From a virus (Duplodnaviria; Heunggongvirae; Uroviricota; Caudoviricetes): a DNA stretch of 64,000 bases. Shown piece by piece: positions 29,528 to 36,933 of this stretch. The stretch is taken from IMG/VR virus record IMGVR_UViG_3300031758_000005; one strand, given 5' to 3'. The translations under genes and the position numbers were made by a program. Numbering within the stretch: the stretch's first letter is position 1; each line of letters starts with the position of its first letter. A model generated the notes under the pieces. It ran no database searches. It saw nothing but the letters and a program-made list of their open reading frames with translations, and was not told the DNA's origin.

Positions 29528-30366
29528 AATAATTTATTTAAATATTTTTTATACTCACTGTTTGGTAATTTTTCTATAAGCGCTTTAAGCTGCTCTTTGC
29601 TTATATATTTGCGCTTGTAGCACTCTTCTTCTATACATCCTATTTTAATTCCCTGTCTTGATTGAATAGCTTGTATATAAGCACTACTTTCAAATAATGT
29701 TTCAGCACTTCCAGCATCTAACCACGCTGTGCCTTTAGCAAATTTTACAGCAGTAAGCTGCGCTTTGTCAAGATATATTAAGTTCAAATCAGTTATTTCA
29801 ATTTCACCTCTGTTCGAAGGCTTAAGTGATTTAGCATACTGAACTACTCTTTTATCATAAAAATATAAGCCTGGTACCGCATAATTACTTTTGGGTTCAA
29901 CTGGTTTTTCTTCTATGCTTATTACGTTGTTTTCACTGTCAAATTCAATAACGCCATAAGCTCTAGGATCATTAACTTCATAACCAAAAATAATTGCACC
30001 TTCAAGTAAAGGCTTGACTCTGGGCATTCCGTGGAATATATTGTCTCCTAGTATAAGAGCAACATTATCGTCACCAATAAAGTCTTCGGCTATAATAAAA
30101 CTTTCAGCTATGCCTCTTGGCTTATATTGCACTTTATAAGTAAGCTTAACTCCCAATTGAGTGCCATCTCCAAATAGCTTTTCATAAGAAGGCAAATATT
30201 CAGGAGAAGAAATAATGCAAAAATCTTTAATACCACACGACAATAATGTGCAAAATGGATAATAAATCATTGGCTTGTCATAAACAGGCAACAATTGTTT
30301 ATTTATTGTACTGGTTAATGGATATAATCTACTACCGGTACCTCCAGCTAAAATAATCCCTTTCAT
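29524..30366 (-). CDS. rmlA: Glucose-1-phosphate thymidylyltransferase
   Basis: GIILAGGTGSRLYP, KQLLPVYDKPMIYY, LILGDNIF, EEKP-like IEEKP, SNRGEIEITD and WLDAG. Confidence 0.96.
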   Translation of the reverse strand: MKGIILAGGTGSRLYPLTSTINKQLLPVYDKPMIYYPFCTLLSCGIKDFCIISSPEYLPSYEKLFGDGTQLGVKLTYKVQYKPRGIAESFIIAEDFIGDDNVALILGDNIFHGMPRVKPLLEGAIIFGYEVNDPRAYGVIEFDSENNVISIEEKPVEPKSNYAVPGLYFYDKRVVQYAKSLKPSNRGEIEITDLNLIYLDKAQLTAVKFAKGTAWLDAGSAETLFESSAYIQAIQSRQGIKIGCIEEECYKRKYISKEQLKALIEKLPNSEYKKYLNKLL

Positions 30367-30407
30367 TATCTATATCTATTTTTTATATTTCGAAATAATT
30401 TTTTATA

Positions 30408-30437
30408 TTGACAAAGTTTGATAGTTAGATATAGAAT
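30408..30437 (+). promoter_or_regulatory. sigma70-type promoter (TTGACA-N18-TAGAAT)
   Basis: The -10 ends 6 nt before ATG 30444. Confidence 0.65.
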
Positions 30438-30443
30438 ACTACT

Positions 30444-30677
30444 ATGGAAACGGAACTAACAATTAAAGACAAAGTAATCAATCCAATCATTATTCAACAC
30501 GATGACTTGAAGTTTGATGGTAAAAACATCACTATTCCAAGGTATTACATTGATTCGTTGTGTGAATATATCAAGGATTACAAGACCGAAGGAGAATTAC
30601 AAGCTGATGTTGAAGACTATCAAGCATTTCGTAGTTTTCTATATGATGTTCAAGAATACAAGAATGGAGGTAATTAA
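30444..30677 (+). CDS. Hypothetical protein
   Basis: 77-aa ORF after the promoter. Confidence 0.6.
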   Translation: METELTIKDKVINPIIIQHDDLKFDGKNITIPRYYIDSLCEYIKDYKTEGELQADVEDYQAFRSFLYDVQEYKNGGN

Positions 30678-30680
30678 TTT

Positions 30681-31265
30681 ATGGGTATGTATGATGACAT
30701 AGTATGTAAATACCCTCTTCCTTTACCAGAAGATACTAAGGGATATATTCCTAATGGATTTCAAACCAAAGATTTGGACAATGCTTTGGATTGTTATGAA
30801 ATCCGTGAAGATGGCACACTATGGTTGCATGAATGTGAGCGAGAATATATTGAAGGCGATCCAAACGGTAAAACATTCTTTGAAAAGTATGGGATGGTAA
30901 AAGTAACCAAAGATTGGTGGACGCATGTAAAAACAACCACAACCATACATATGTATGATTATAACAATTATAATGATGGACCATATGACTATTGGGTTGA
31001 ATTTGAAATTGTATTTATTGACGGAGTTATTGACAAGATTAAACTAATTAAGTTTGAAGCTACTGATAACTCTAAAAGAAAAGAAGACTATAAACTTCAT
31101 ATTGAAGTACTTAAAAAGAACAAGGAGTTTGAATCTACTAATCTTTATAAATTAGTTATCAAACCATATAATAAAATTATTAGGTTTATCTGTAGATTGT
31201 TGTATTCTACTGGTTCATTTTTGATTGCTAATGTTTGGAAATTGGAACGTAAACTAATTATATGA
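30681..31265 (+). CDS. Conserved phage hypothetical protein
   Basis: MGMYDDIVC..FQTKDL..YEIREDGTL pattern. Confidence 0.65.
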   Translation: MGMYDDIVCKYPLPLPEDTKGYIPNGFQTKDLDNALDCYEIREDGTLWLHECEREYIEGDPNGKTFFEKYGMVKVTKDWWTHVKTTTTIHMYDYNNYNDGPYDYWVEFEIVFIDGVIDKIKLIKFEATDNSKRKEDYKLHIEVLKKNKEFESTNLYKLVIKPYNKIIRFICRLLYSTGSFLIANVWKLERKLII

Positions 31266-31507
31266 AAGATCAAGAATCAATATTTCTAATTTGTGATTGT
31301 TTTGAACACGGACTTCTTGTTGAAAAATTTAAAGATGAAGAAGAAGTATCTTTGAGCTTGTTTGAAAGAGGTCTTAGTGGTAGAATTCTGCCATGGCGAG
31401 AAAGACTAAGATGGTGTTGGCAAATATTACGACATGGTAAACCTTGGTCTGATTATATAATTCTAAATACAGAAAATCAAAAACAACTAAAAGATTTTTT
31501 AAAATGA
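31262..31507 (+). CDS. Hypothetical protein
   Basis: 81-aa ORF with ATGA overlap. Confidence 0.6.
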   Translation: MKDQESIFLICDCFEHGLLVEKFKDEEEVSLSLFERGLSGRILPWRERLRWCWQILRHGKPWSDYIILNTENQKQLKDFLK

Positions 31508-31779
31508 AATTTAAGAATTTTGAAGGTGTGGAGTACACTGTAAATTATAACAAACCGGCGTTATGGCACAATCGGCCGACATCTGGTTTGTGTGATAATC
31601 CTAATATTAAAAATCCACAAATTCATGTAGATCCAACGTTACTAACTCGTAGACAACTCAATGTATTGATTGAAGAAGTATTTCACGCACATTTGTATGA
31701 TTTACCAGAAAAGAAAGCTCGTAAATTTGCAGCTAATTTAGGCAAATTGATTTACAATAAATTTTTAAAAAATGAGTAA
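31504..31779 (+). CDS. Hypothetical protein (variant ExxH zincin-like motif)
   Basis: GLCD..IHVDP..LIEEVFHA. Confidence 0.55.
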   Translation: MKFKNFEGVEYTVNYNKPALWHNRPTSGLCDNPNIKNPQIHVDPTLLTRRQLNVLIEEVFHAHLYDLPEKKARKFAANLGKLIYNKFLKNE

Positions 31780-31930
31780 AATTATAAATTTGACGGTTGG
31801 ATTAATATTTGGTAGTATATTTGCAATAGCATTGATATTGGTGTTGATGATTTTCTTTGCGGTATTGATACCATTTTTCTTTTATTTCACACTAAAAGAA
31901 GTGCTTAAATATTTAACAAACACTAAATAA
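31772..31930 (+). CDS. Small membrane protein (52 aa)
   Basis: Translated by hand: MSKIINLTVGLIFGSIFAIALILVLMIFFAVLIPFFFYFTLKEVLKYLTNTK*. Confidence 0.5.
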   Translation: MSKIINLTVGLIFGSIFAIALILVLMIFFAVLIPFFFYFTLKEVLKYLTNTK

Positions 31931-31934
31931 ACAT

Positions 31935-32453
31935 ATGAAAACAGAAATAGACACAGTAAGTAAAAATATCATTCTTACTTACGCACGTAAAATCCGAAAT
32001 GTTCAAAAAGAACAAATCGATCCATATATTGGACTAATTGAGAATGAATTAATTACACTCTTTCCTGAGTTGAAAGATCGTGAAGATAATGCTTTAAACT
32101 GGGCATATGATATTATTAATGCCGAATCTAATACTGAAGTAGTAGAGACTCTAACCAGATTAGAAAAGATTATTACAAACGAACGAAAAGAAAAGTGGAT
32201 ATGCAATTATTGCGGTAAAAATACCTATAATGATGATGTTGAATATCTTTTTGGTACAAACCACATTGGATGTGCATTAGAAGAAGATATCAAAAATAGA
32301 GAACATTCAGATCCAGATTACATTCTTGATGCAAGACTCAGAAAAATCACTGAACTTGAAAGTGAACTGAGAAACACTAAACGAGAACTTGTTAATATGG
32401 AGTTAAGATTAGAGCATCTAAGATCGGACTATCCCCACGAACCAACTAACTAA
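31935..32453 (+). CDS. Hypothetical protein with CxxC and coiled coil
   Basis: 172-aa ORF; WICNYCG..HIGC. Confidence 0.6.
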   Translation: MKTEIDTVSKNIILTYARKIRNVQKEQIDPYIGLIENELITLFPELKDREDNALNWAYDIINAESNTEVVETLTRLEKIITNERKEKWICNYCGKNTYNDDVEYLFGTNHIGCALEEDIKNREHSDPDYILDARLRKITELESELRNTKRELVNMELRLEHLRSDYPHEPTN

Positions 32454-32460
32454 AACATCA

Positions 32461-32486
32461 AGCGTACCACTCGGTACGCTTTTTTT
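32461..32486 (+). terminator. Intrinsic terminator
   Basis: AGCGTACC-ACTC-GGTACGCT followed by a T-run. Confidence 0.8.
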
Positions 32487-32487
32487 A

Positions 32488-32516
32488 TTGACCACAACCA
32501 CATCATCGTGTATACT
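32488..32516 (+). promoter_or_regulatory. sigma70-type promoter (TTGACC-N17-TATACT)
   Basis: The -10 ends 8 nt before ATG 32525. Confidence 0.65.
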
Positions 32517-32524
32517 TTTTATAT

Positions 32525-32776
32525 ATGATCAAATGTGGTTGTGGAAACGAAATTCATCCTGAACGTTATGAACTTGGTTACAAGATTTGTTTGTCTTGTG
32601 GCGAAAACAGTGCTAAACGTAACCAAAAGTATGGTTATCTTCATTTTGGACACAAAACTGCTGGCAGCATTGTGATCACTTCAAAAAAAGCATTTGACAA
32701 TTACTCCAAAGTATCGTACCGTAAGGGAAAAGCCAGTAATATGGCATATGCTAGCCGTTTGAGCACTTCATTCTAA
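32525..32776 (+). CDS. C4 zinc-finger protein, DksA/TraR-finger-like
   Basis: KCGCGNEIHPERYELGYKICLSC resembles the CxxCGxxIxxxR..CxxC finger. Confidence 0.45.
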   Translation: MIKCGCGNEIHPERYELGYKICLSCGENSAKRNQKYGYLHFGHKTAGSIVITSKKAFDNYSKVSYRKGKASNMAYASRLSTSF

Positions 32777-32788
32777 TATTTATAATAT

Positions 32789-33040
32789 ATGACTGCATCA
32801 TTCTATAAAACAGTATATCAACGCAAGTTTGAAGAATTGCCACGTTGGAAAAAGCTGGCAATCGTAGAAGATAGTGAACGAAATAATTGGAGCGGTCTAC
32901 TCACTGAGTTTATTAAAGCTGTAATTGAAGAAGCTGAAAAAGAATACGCTAACTCCAAACCAAATGTAACAACCGTTCCAGTGGAACCAAAGAAAACTTT
33001 GGAAAATAAGGTCAAGAAGACTATTAAGAAAAAGATTTGA
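32789..33040 (+). CDS. Hypothetical protein
   Basis: 83-aa ORF; TATTTATA lies 4 nt upstream. Confidence 0.6.
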   Translation: MTASFYKTVYQRKFEELPRWKKLAIVEDSERNNWSGLLTEFIKAVIEEAEKEYANSKPNVTTVPVEPKKTLENKVKKTIKKKI

Positions 33041-33065
33041 CTTATTATAAACTACGTGGTATAGT
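33037..33065 (+). promoter_or_regulatory. sigma70-type promoter (TTGACT-N17-TATAGT, TG extension)
   Basis: The -10 ends 9 nt before ATG 33075. Confidence 0.65.
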
Positions 33066-33074
33066 AGTTTTGTT

Positions 33075-33617
33075 ATGAACGTTTTGGATCATCTGAAGAG
33101 CAAGACAGTGGACGATATTAAGTCTTACTGTAAAAATAGTTGTATCGAAGCAGGTGTTGCTATGATGCACGTTAATGGAGATTTTAATCTCTCCACTTTG
33201 GTACGCAATGCAAACTTCTTTGGCTTCAAAGAAGCCATGTATGTAGGCGGAAGCAAGCAGTGGGATCGTCGTGGTACTGTAGGAACACATCATTATACGG
33301 ATCTTAACCATATTAAGACTGAAGAAGATTTTGTTGCTTATGTAAATGATAACGGTTATACACTAATCGCTGTAGAAAACAACATTCCCAAGTATAGTGA
33401 TAAGACTGTATCTATTTTTAACCACTGGGTATTTACTGGTGTAGATAAGCCAATGTTTGTATTTGGCGAAGAAAAGGCTGGATTGAGTGATTATGTTCTT
33501 GATAACAGTGACTATATTGTTACTGTTCCAGCATATGGCAGTGTACGATCACTTAATGTGGGTACTACTAGTGGAATTGTAATGGGATTTTATCGCAACT
33601 ATATTGACAATAACTAA
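33075..33617 (+). CDS. SPOUT (SpoU/TrmH-family) RNA 2'-O-methyltransferase
   Basis: Motif 1 DFNLSTLVRNA, motif 2 VFGEEKAGL and motif 3 VRSLNVGTT. Confidence 0.9.
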   Translation: MNVLDHLKSKTVDDIKSYCKNSCIEAGVAMMHVNGDFNLSTLVRNANFFGFKEAMYVGGSKQWDRRGTVGTHHYTDLNHIKTEEDFVAYVNDNGYTLIAVENNIPKYSDKTVSIFNHWVFTGVDKPMFVFGEEKAGLSDYVLDNSDYIVTVPAYGSVRSLNVGTTSGIVMGFYRNYIDNN

Positions 33618-33626
33618 AATAATAAT

Positions 33627-33836
33627 ATGAGTACAAAATACGTTACGGACGGTAAAAGCACACGAATTGGATATGTAAAGGATAGTGGCAGCGTAATTTA
33701 CGCACACGGTCCCAATGGTGAGAACGTTGGTTATTACCAAAAAAGCACTGACACTACGTTTGACCGCAATGGCAAGCGTTATGGCTTTGGCGATTTGACC
33801 AATGCTCTGGTTTTTGAGGCTGCTCGAAAGAATTAA
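33627..33836 (+). CDS. Hypothetical protein
   Basis: 69-aa ORF. Confidence 0.6.
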   Translation: MSTKYVTDGKSTRIGYVKDSGSVIYAHGPNGENVGYYQKSTDTTFDRNGKRYGFGDLTNALVFEAARKN

Positions 33837-33846
33837 AAAAAGAACG

Positions 33847-33874
33847 TTGACATTTTCTAAAAGCGTGGTAAGAT
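33847..33874 (+). promoter_or_regulatory. sigma70-type promoter (TTGACA-N16-TAAGAT, TGG extension)
   Basis: Shares GTGGTAAGATAAA with the tRNA-array promoters. Confidence 0.65.
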
Positions 33875-33913
33875 AAATTTGTAGTCGGTTAACATTAACA
33901 AAAAACAAAAAAT

Positions 33914-34183
33914 ATGAACAAGACAGGCCGTAAGGCAACCGCAGTAAACGAAATCACTGATCGCAATTTCACCATTGTTGATCTGATCAACATCAACACT
34001 AACGTTAAGGCTCCTACAATTCGGATGCACGTTAAGCGTAGTGTAACCGCTGGACGATACAAGATCAGTGGTTCACAGAAGACTGGTAAGCGTGGTAAGC
34101 CAAGTATCGTATATACATACGACACAACTCCCACTGTTGCCACAACCACCACTGCTGAACCTACTCAGACTTCTGCAAATTAA
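33914..34183 (+). CDS. Hypothetical basic protein
   Basis: 89-aa ORF after the promoter. Confidence 0.6.
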   Translation: MNKTGRKATAVNEITDRNFTIVDLININTNVKAPTIRMHVKRSVTAGRYKISGSQKTGKRGKPSIVYTYDTTPTVATTTTAEPTQTSAN

Positions 34184-34260
34184 ACGGTATTAAGAATTGG
34201 GGTTAATAAAAAAAGCTTGTTAATCCCTTTTCTTAAACTATTTATTTTTAAAAGTAGTAT

Positions 34261-34416
34261 ATGGGAAAGTCATTCAAAGATCGTCGTTCACGCAACGAAG
34301 GAAATTGGCGCAACAAATCAAATAAAAAGGTTAACAAGAAGTGGCAAGCCACTGACGTAAAACCATCACGTTACAATTCAAAATATGAAGACGAAGACAA
34401 CTCAAACAGTTATTAA
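34261..34416 (+). CDS. Small basic hypothetical protein (51 aa)
   Basis: Translated by hand: MGKSFKDRRSRNEGNWRNKSNKKVNKKWQATDVKPSRYNSKYEDEDNSNSY*. Confidence 0.5.
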   Translation: MGKSFKDRRSRNEGNWRNKSNKKVNKKWQATDVKPSRYNSKYEDEDNSNSY

Positions 34417-34567
34417 CAATCTCAAATCAAAAATCGCAGAACGAAAGTTGCATCTAACAGATCTATACGCAGAATATTATTATAAGGCTGCTATTAAGCA
34501 GACAGTAGATGAAAAGATTGGCACTGAACCAAATCGTGATCTACTACGTTACGTCGAGGGAAAGTAA
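34385..34567 (+). CDS. Hypothetical protein
   Basis: 60-aa ORF. Confidence 0.5.
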   Translation: MKTKTTQTVINNLKSKIAERKLHLTDLYAEYYYKAAIKQTVDEKIGTEPNRDLLRYVEGK

Positions 34568-34591
34568 ACTAAATATTTAAATAAAGGTTAT

Positions 34592-34879
34592 ATGAAAGAC
34601 ACTACACTCAAGCAGTTGGTACGTGACCGCAAGGGTCAACCCCGTGGTATGGTTGTTGCCACAGTAATTGATGGCGCCATCCGATTTGGTTGGAGTCACA
34701 CCAATACAAAAGCAGGTGATCGTTTTGATAAGTGCAAGGCACTCACTATTGCTCTAGGTCGAGCTGAAAATGGTTGGGGTCCAAAAACAAATGTACCTGT
34801 TTCTACAGCCAAGATTCTAAATAAGATGATTGATCGATCCGTTCGCTATTACAAGAATGTTCCCGTCTACGGTATTTAA
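34592..34879 (+). CDS. Hypothetical protein
   Basis: 95-aa ORF; GWS..DRFDK..LTIALGRA. Confidence 0.6.
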   Translation: MKDTTLKQLVRDRKGQPRGMVVATVIDGAIRFGWSHTNTKAGDRFDKCKALTIALGRAENGWGPKTNVPVSTAKILNKMIDRSVRYYKNVPVYGI

Positions 34880-34896
34880 TTCAACTATTTATAAAA

Positions 34897-35229
34897 ATGA
34901 ACAAGTACATTACCGATAATTTCACCGGGTCAATTGACGATCTACTAAATCATTGTTCCAATCTAGATACATCAAAAGTAGAAGAACAAGTCAAAGCTGA
35001 AGAAAAAGAAGCCTGTATTCAAGTAATTATGAAAGAACTTGAATGTGATGAAGCTGAAGCTGAAGTCATTTATAATGAAATTGCTTTGGCAGAAGTTAAA
35101 GAAACAGTTGACAAGATGGTAGCAGAGGGTCTATTATATGTATCTGGTCACAACGAAGATGGCGAACCACTGTTTCAGCTAACTGAACTTGGTAAAGCTG
35201 TTCGTAACGAACTGGGCGACGGTAAGTAA
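34897..35229 (+). CDS. Hypothetical acidic protein
   Basis: 110-aa ORF; TATTTATA lies 3 nt upstream. Confidence 0.6.
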   Translation: MNKYITDNFTGSIDDLLNHCSNLDTSKVEEQVKAEEKEACIQVIMKELECDEAEAEVIYNEIALAEVKETVDKMVAEGLLYVSGHNEDGEPLFQLTELGKAVRNELGDGK

Positions 35230-35241
35230 TTATACCATAAT

Positions 35242-35322
35242 GCTCCGGTACTGGCGGGGTCTTCTAAGCCCTAAGTGCATAAATGGATGAAAATGGGGGT
35301 TCAAGTCCCTCCCGGAGCGCCA
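35242..35322 (+). tRNA. D-arm-less tRNA-like RNA, anticodon UCU (Arg)
   Basis: Acceptor GCTCCGG/CCGGAGC, G73, CCA; 7-nt linker TACTGGC in place of the D arm; GGGGT-CT TCT AA-GCCCT; 22-nt extra region; T arm GGGGG-TTCAAGT-CCCTC. Confidence 0.6.
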
Positions 35323-35324
35323 TT

Positions 35325-36050
35325 TTAATAAAGCCTATCTATTAAATTCCATCCATATTTTTTATACATATGTAAATTTTCTCGTTTGGTCAATTTAGTA
35401 ATACCGTTCTTTTCAATAATAATTTTCTTTGTATCGGAATTATAAAGATGTTTATCGGCACACGTAGTTGTACAGTATTTGTGAACAGAAGTTCTAGGTA
35501 AAAATATTTTTTTACAACGAATACATTCTGTTTCTTTTGAATCGAATTTTGGAAGGAAATACTTATCCCAGTTAATAACCCTACCAGAAACCCATCCATT
35601 AGGAACTTTGTTTGGATAAAATTTATTGCTTAATTTTAATTCTACATTGTGATACCATTTTTTTCCATAACCACTATTAGATGTGCCGGATTGATGTTGT
35701 GATTGAATTTTACTGAATTCGATTTTTAATTTTTGATAAATTCTATTATTTATTTTGTATTCTCTAAGTTGATTTTCGCTTTTATACCAAGCCATTGAAG
35801 CAAACGCTTTCCACATTTTCTTATATTCTACGGAAGAAGATGGAAATACAGAAGTTAATAAAAGGTGACATATATAATGTTCTCTAGCAGTCAGTTCAAC
35901 TAAATTCGATGAACAATTTAACCCACCTAAACACTTTGGAATTATATGATGTGTTTCTGTATATTGGTTTAAAACCGGATTGTTTAAACGATGATGTATT
36001 ATACGATAATACCAATTTTTATATTTATTATTTTGATCTTCTAATGTCAT
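35325..36050 (-). CDS. Free-standing HNH homing endonuclease
   Basis: ETHHIIPKCLGG..NLVELTAREHYICHLLL; GKKWYHN..GWVSGR module; C-terminal CxxC..CxxxC; inserted antisense in the tRNA region. Confidence 0.85.
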   Translation of the reverse strand: MTLEDQNNKYKNWYYRIIHHRLNNPVLNQYTETHHIIPKCLGGLNCSSNLVELTAREHYICHLLLTSVFPSSSVEYKKMWKAFASMAWYKSENQLREYKINNRIYQKLKIEFSKIQSQHQSGTSNSGYGKKWYHNVELKLSNKFYPNKVPNGWVSGRVINWDKYFLPKFDSKETECIRCKKIFLPRTSVHKYCTTTCADKHLYNSDTKKIIIEKNGITKLTKRENLHMYKKYGWNLIDRLY

Positions 36051-36167
36051 AATAAAAGTTATTTACTTATAAGTATAACTTAGAAGTTTAAAAAATAATC
36101 TTTTTGGTAATTTTACGAATATTTGTATATATTTATAATTTACCTCAAAACTTCTTGAAAAAAGAAG

Positions 36168-36224
36168 TTGATCTTTGAAAACTTAGTGGTAAGATAAAGA
36201 AGTAGTAAGTATTTGTTCTTTCAG
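36168..36224 (+). promoter_or_regulatory. Stable-RNA promoter unit 1 with boxA-like motif
   Basis: TTGATC-N16-TAAGAT; 25-bp repeat GTGGTAAGATAAAGAAGTAGTAAGT (36186-36210); GTTCTTT at 36215. Confidence 0.65.
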
Positions 36225-36304
36225 CGTGGTGGGAGAAGCACTCCTCTAGAACATCTTTGTATGGTGGAACTGCCTTGGCCTTTAACCAAAGGGGGTCACC
36301 GACG
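36225..36304 (+). ncRNA. Candidate ~80-nt structured RNA
   Basis: Closing stem CGT-GGTG/CACC-G-ACG; hairpins GGAG/CTCC and CCTTGG/CCAA-A-GG; lies directly after a promoter and boxA. Confidence 0.35.
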
Positions 36305-36322
36305 AAAGAATAAAATACTTAG

Positions 36323-36381
36323 TTGACAAAACAAAAAATTGTGGTAAGATAAAAAAGTAGTAAGTAATAGTTCTTTAACAA
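36323..36381 (+). promoter_or_regulatory. Stable-RNA promoter unit 2 with boxA-like motif
   Basis: TTGACA-N16-TAAGAT; repeat GTGGTAAGATAAAAAAGTAGTAAGT (36341-36365); GTTCTTTAACAA at 36370. Confidence 0.75.
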
Positions 36382-36389
36382 ATTTTAAT

Positions 36390-36466
36390 GGCCTTGTAGC
36401 TCAGTTGGTAGTAGCAGAAGCCTTTTAAGCTTTTGGTCGTGGGTTCGAGTCCCACCGGGGCCACCA
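36390..36466 (+). tRNA. tRNA-Lys(UUU)
   Basis: GGCCTTG/CGGGGCC, A-CCA; GAAGC-CT TTT AA-GCTTT; T loop TTCGAGT. Confidence 0.95.
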
Positions 36467-36470
36467 TTTT

Positions 36471-36684
36471 AACTGGTAATAAACGAAGTAAATCATATAT
36501 TGTGGGACAACTACACTTTTAAGTATCGTGATTGATTACGAAAGCATTTTTTCCGTGTAGAATTTGACTTTCATCATTAAACATATTAAATGATTAACCC
36601 AAACACAACTGTGTGCTGTGCTGAAAAATGTCCGCTACACAGCGATGCTTACGTAGATAAGTAACTCAATGAATATTACCAGTT
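36471..36684 (+). ncRNA. Candidate 214-nt multibranched structured RNA
   Basis: Perfect 11-bp terminal stem AACTGGTAATA/TATTACCAGTT; inner stems CTACAC/GTGTAG, TCGTGA/TTACGA, ATCATT/AATGAT, CTGTGT/ACACAG and GCTTA/TAAGT. Confidence 0.6.
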
Positions 36685-36692
36685 CATTTAAC

Positions 36693-36768
36693 GGAGTCAT
36701 CGTCTAACGGTTTAGGATAATTCCCTTTCACGGAATAGATCAGAGTTCGATTCTCTGTGGCTCTACCA
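36693..36768 (+). tRNA. tRNA-Glu(UUC)
   Basis: GGAGTCA/TGGCTCT, A-CCA; ATTCC-CT TTC AC-GGAAT; T loop TTCGATT. Confidence 0.93.
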
Positions 36769-36775
36769 TTTGATG

Positions 36776-36933
36776 TTTGGTTGTATAGCTAAGAAAAACA
36801 ACTTGGTGGAGGGTATATAACCAAAATGCCCCTAGAGTTGGAAGTTCTCTTAAAAAACTTCTTGGTTGCGGGGTTAGCGCATGGTATACTCTGTTTGTTG
36901 GGTGGATAGAGTATTCAATAGATACACCCAACA
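36776..36933 (+). ncRNA. Candidate 158-nt structured RNA ending in an H-type pseudoknot
   Basis: 12-bp stem 36776-87/36814-25; GCCCC/GGGGT enclosing GAAGTT/AACTTC; crossing stems ATACTCT/AGAGTAT and TGTTGGGTG/CACCCAACA. Confidence 0.6.

Noticed and set aside
6520-30366. Host chromosomal O-antigen locus or prophage boundary
   Set aside because: The sugar genes are interleaved with and coupled to phage-type genes, share phage promoter motifs and composition, and lack wzx/wzy/ABC export genes; no integrase or att site is seen.
35242-35322. tmRNA (D-armless tRNA-like domain)
   Set aside because: No G3-U70 alanine determinant, both acceptor strands lie within 81 nt, and there is no tag reading frame or pseudoknot domain between them.
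36886-36933. HDV-like (theta) ribozyme next to tRNAs
   Set aside because: Only 3 nt lie between the second helix 5' strand and the first helix 3' strand, so there is no room for P3/L3, and there is no P4/J4-2. The tRNAs already encode CCA followed by U-rich trailers.
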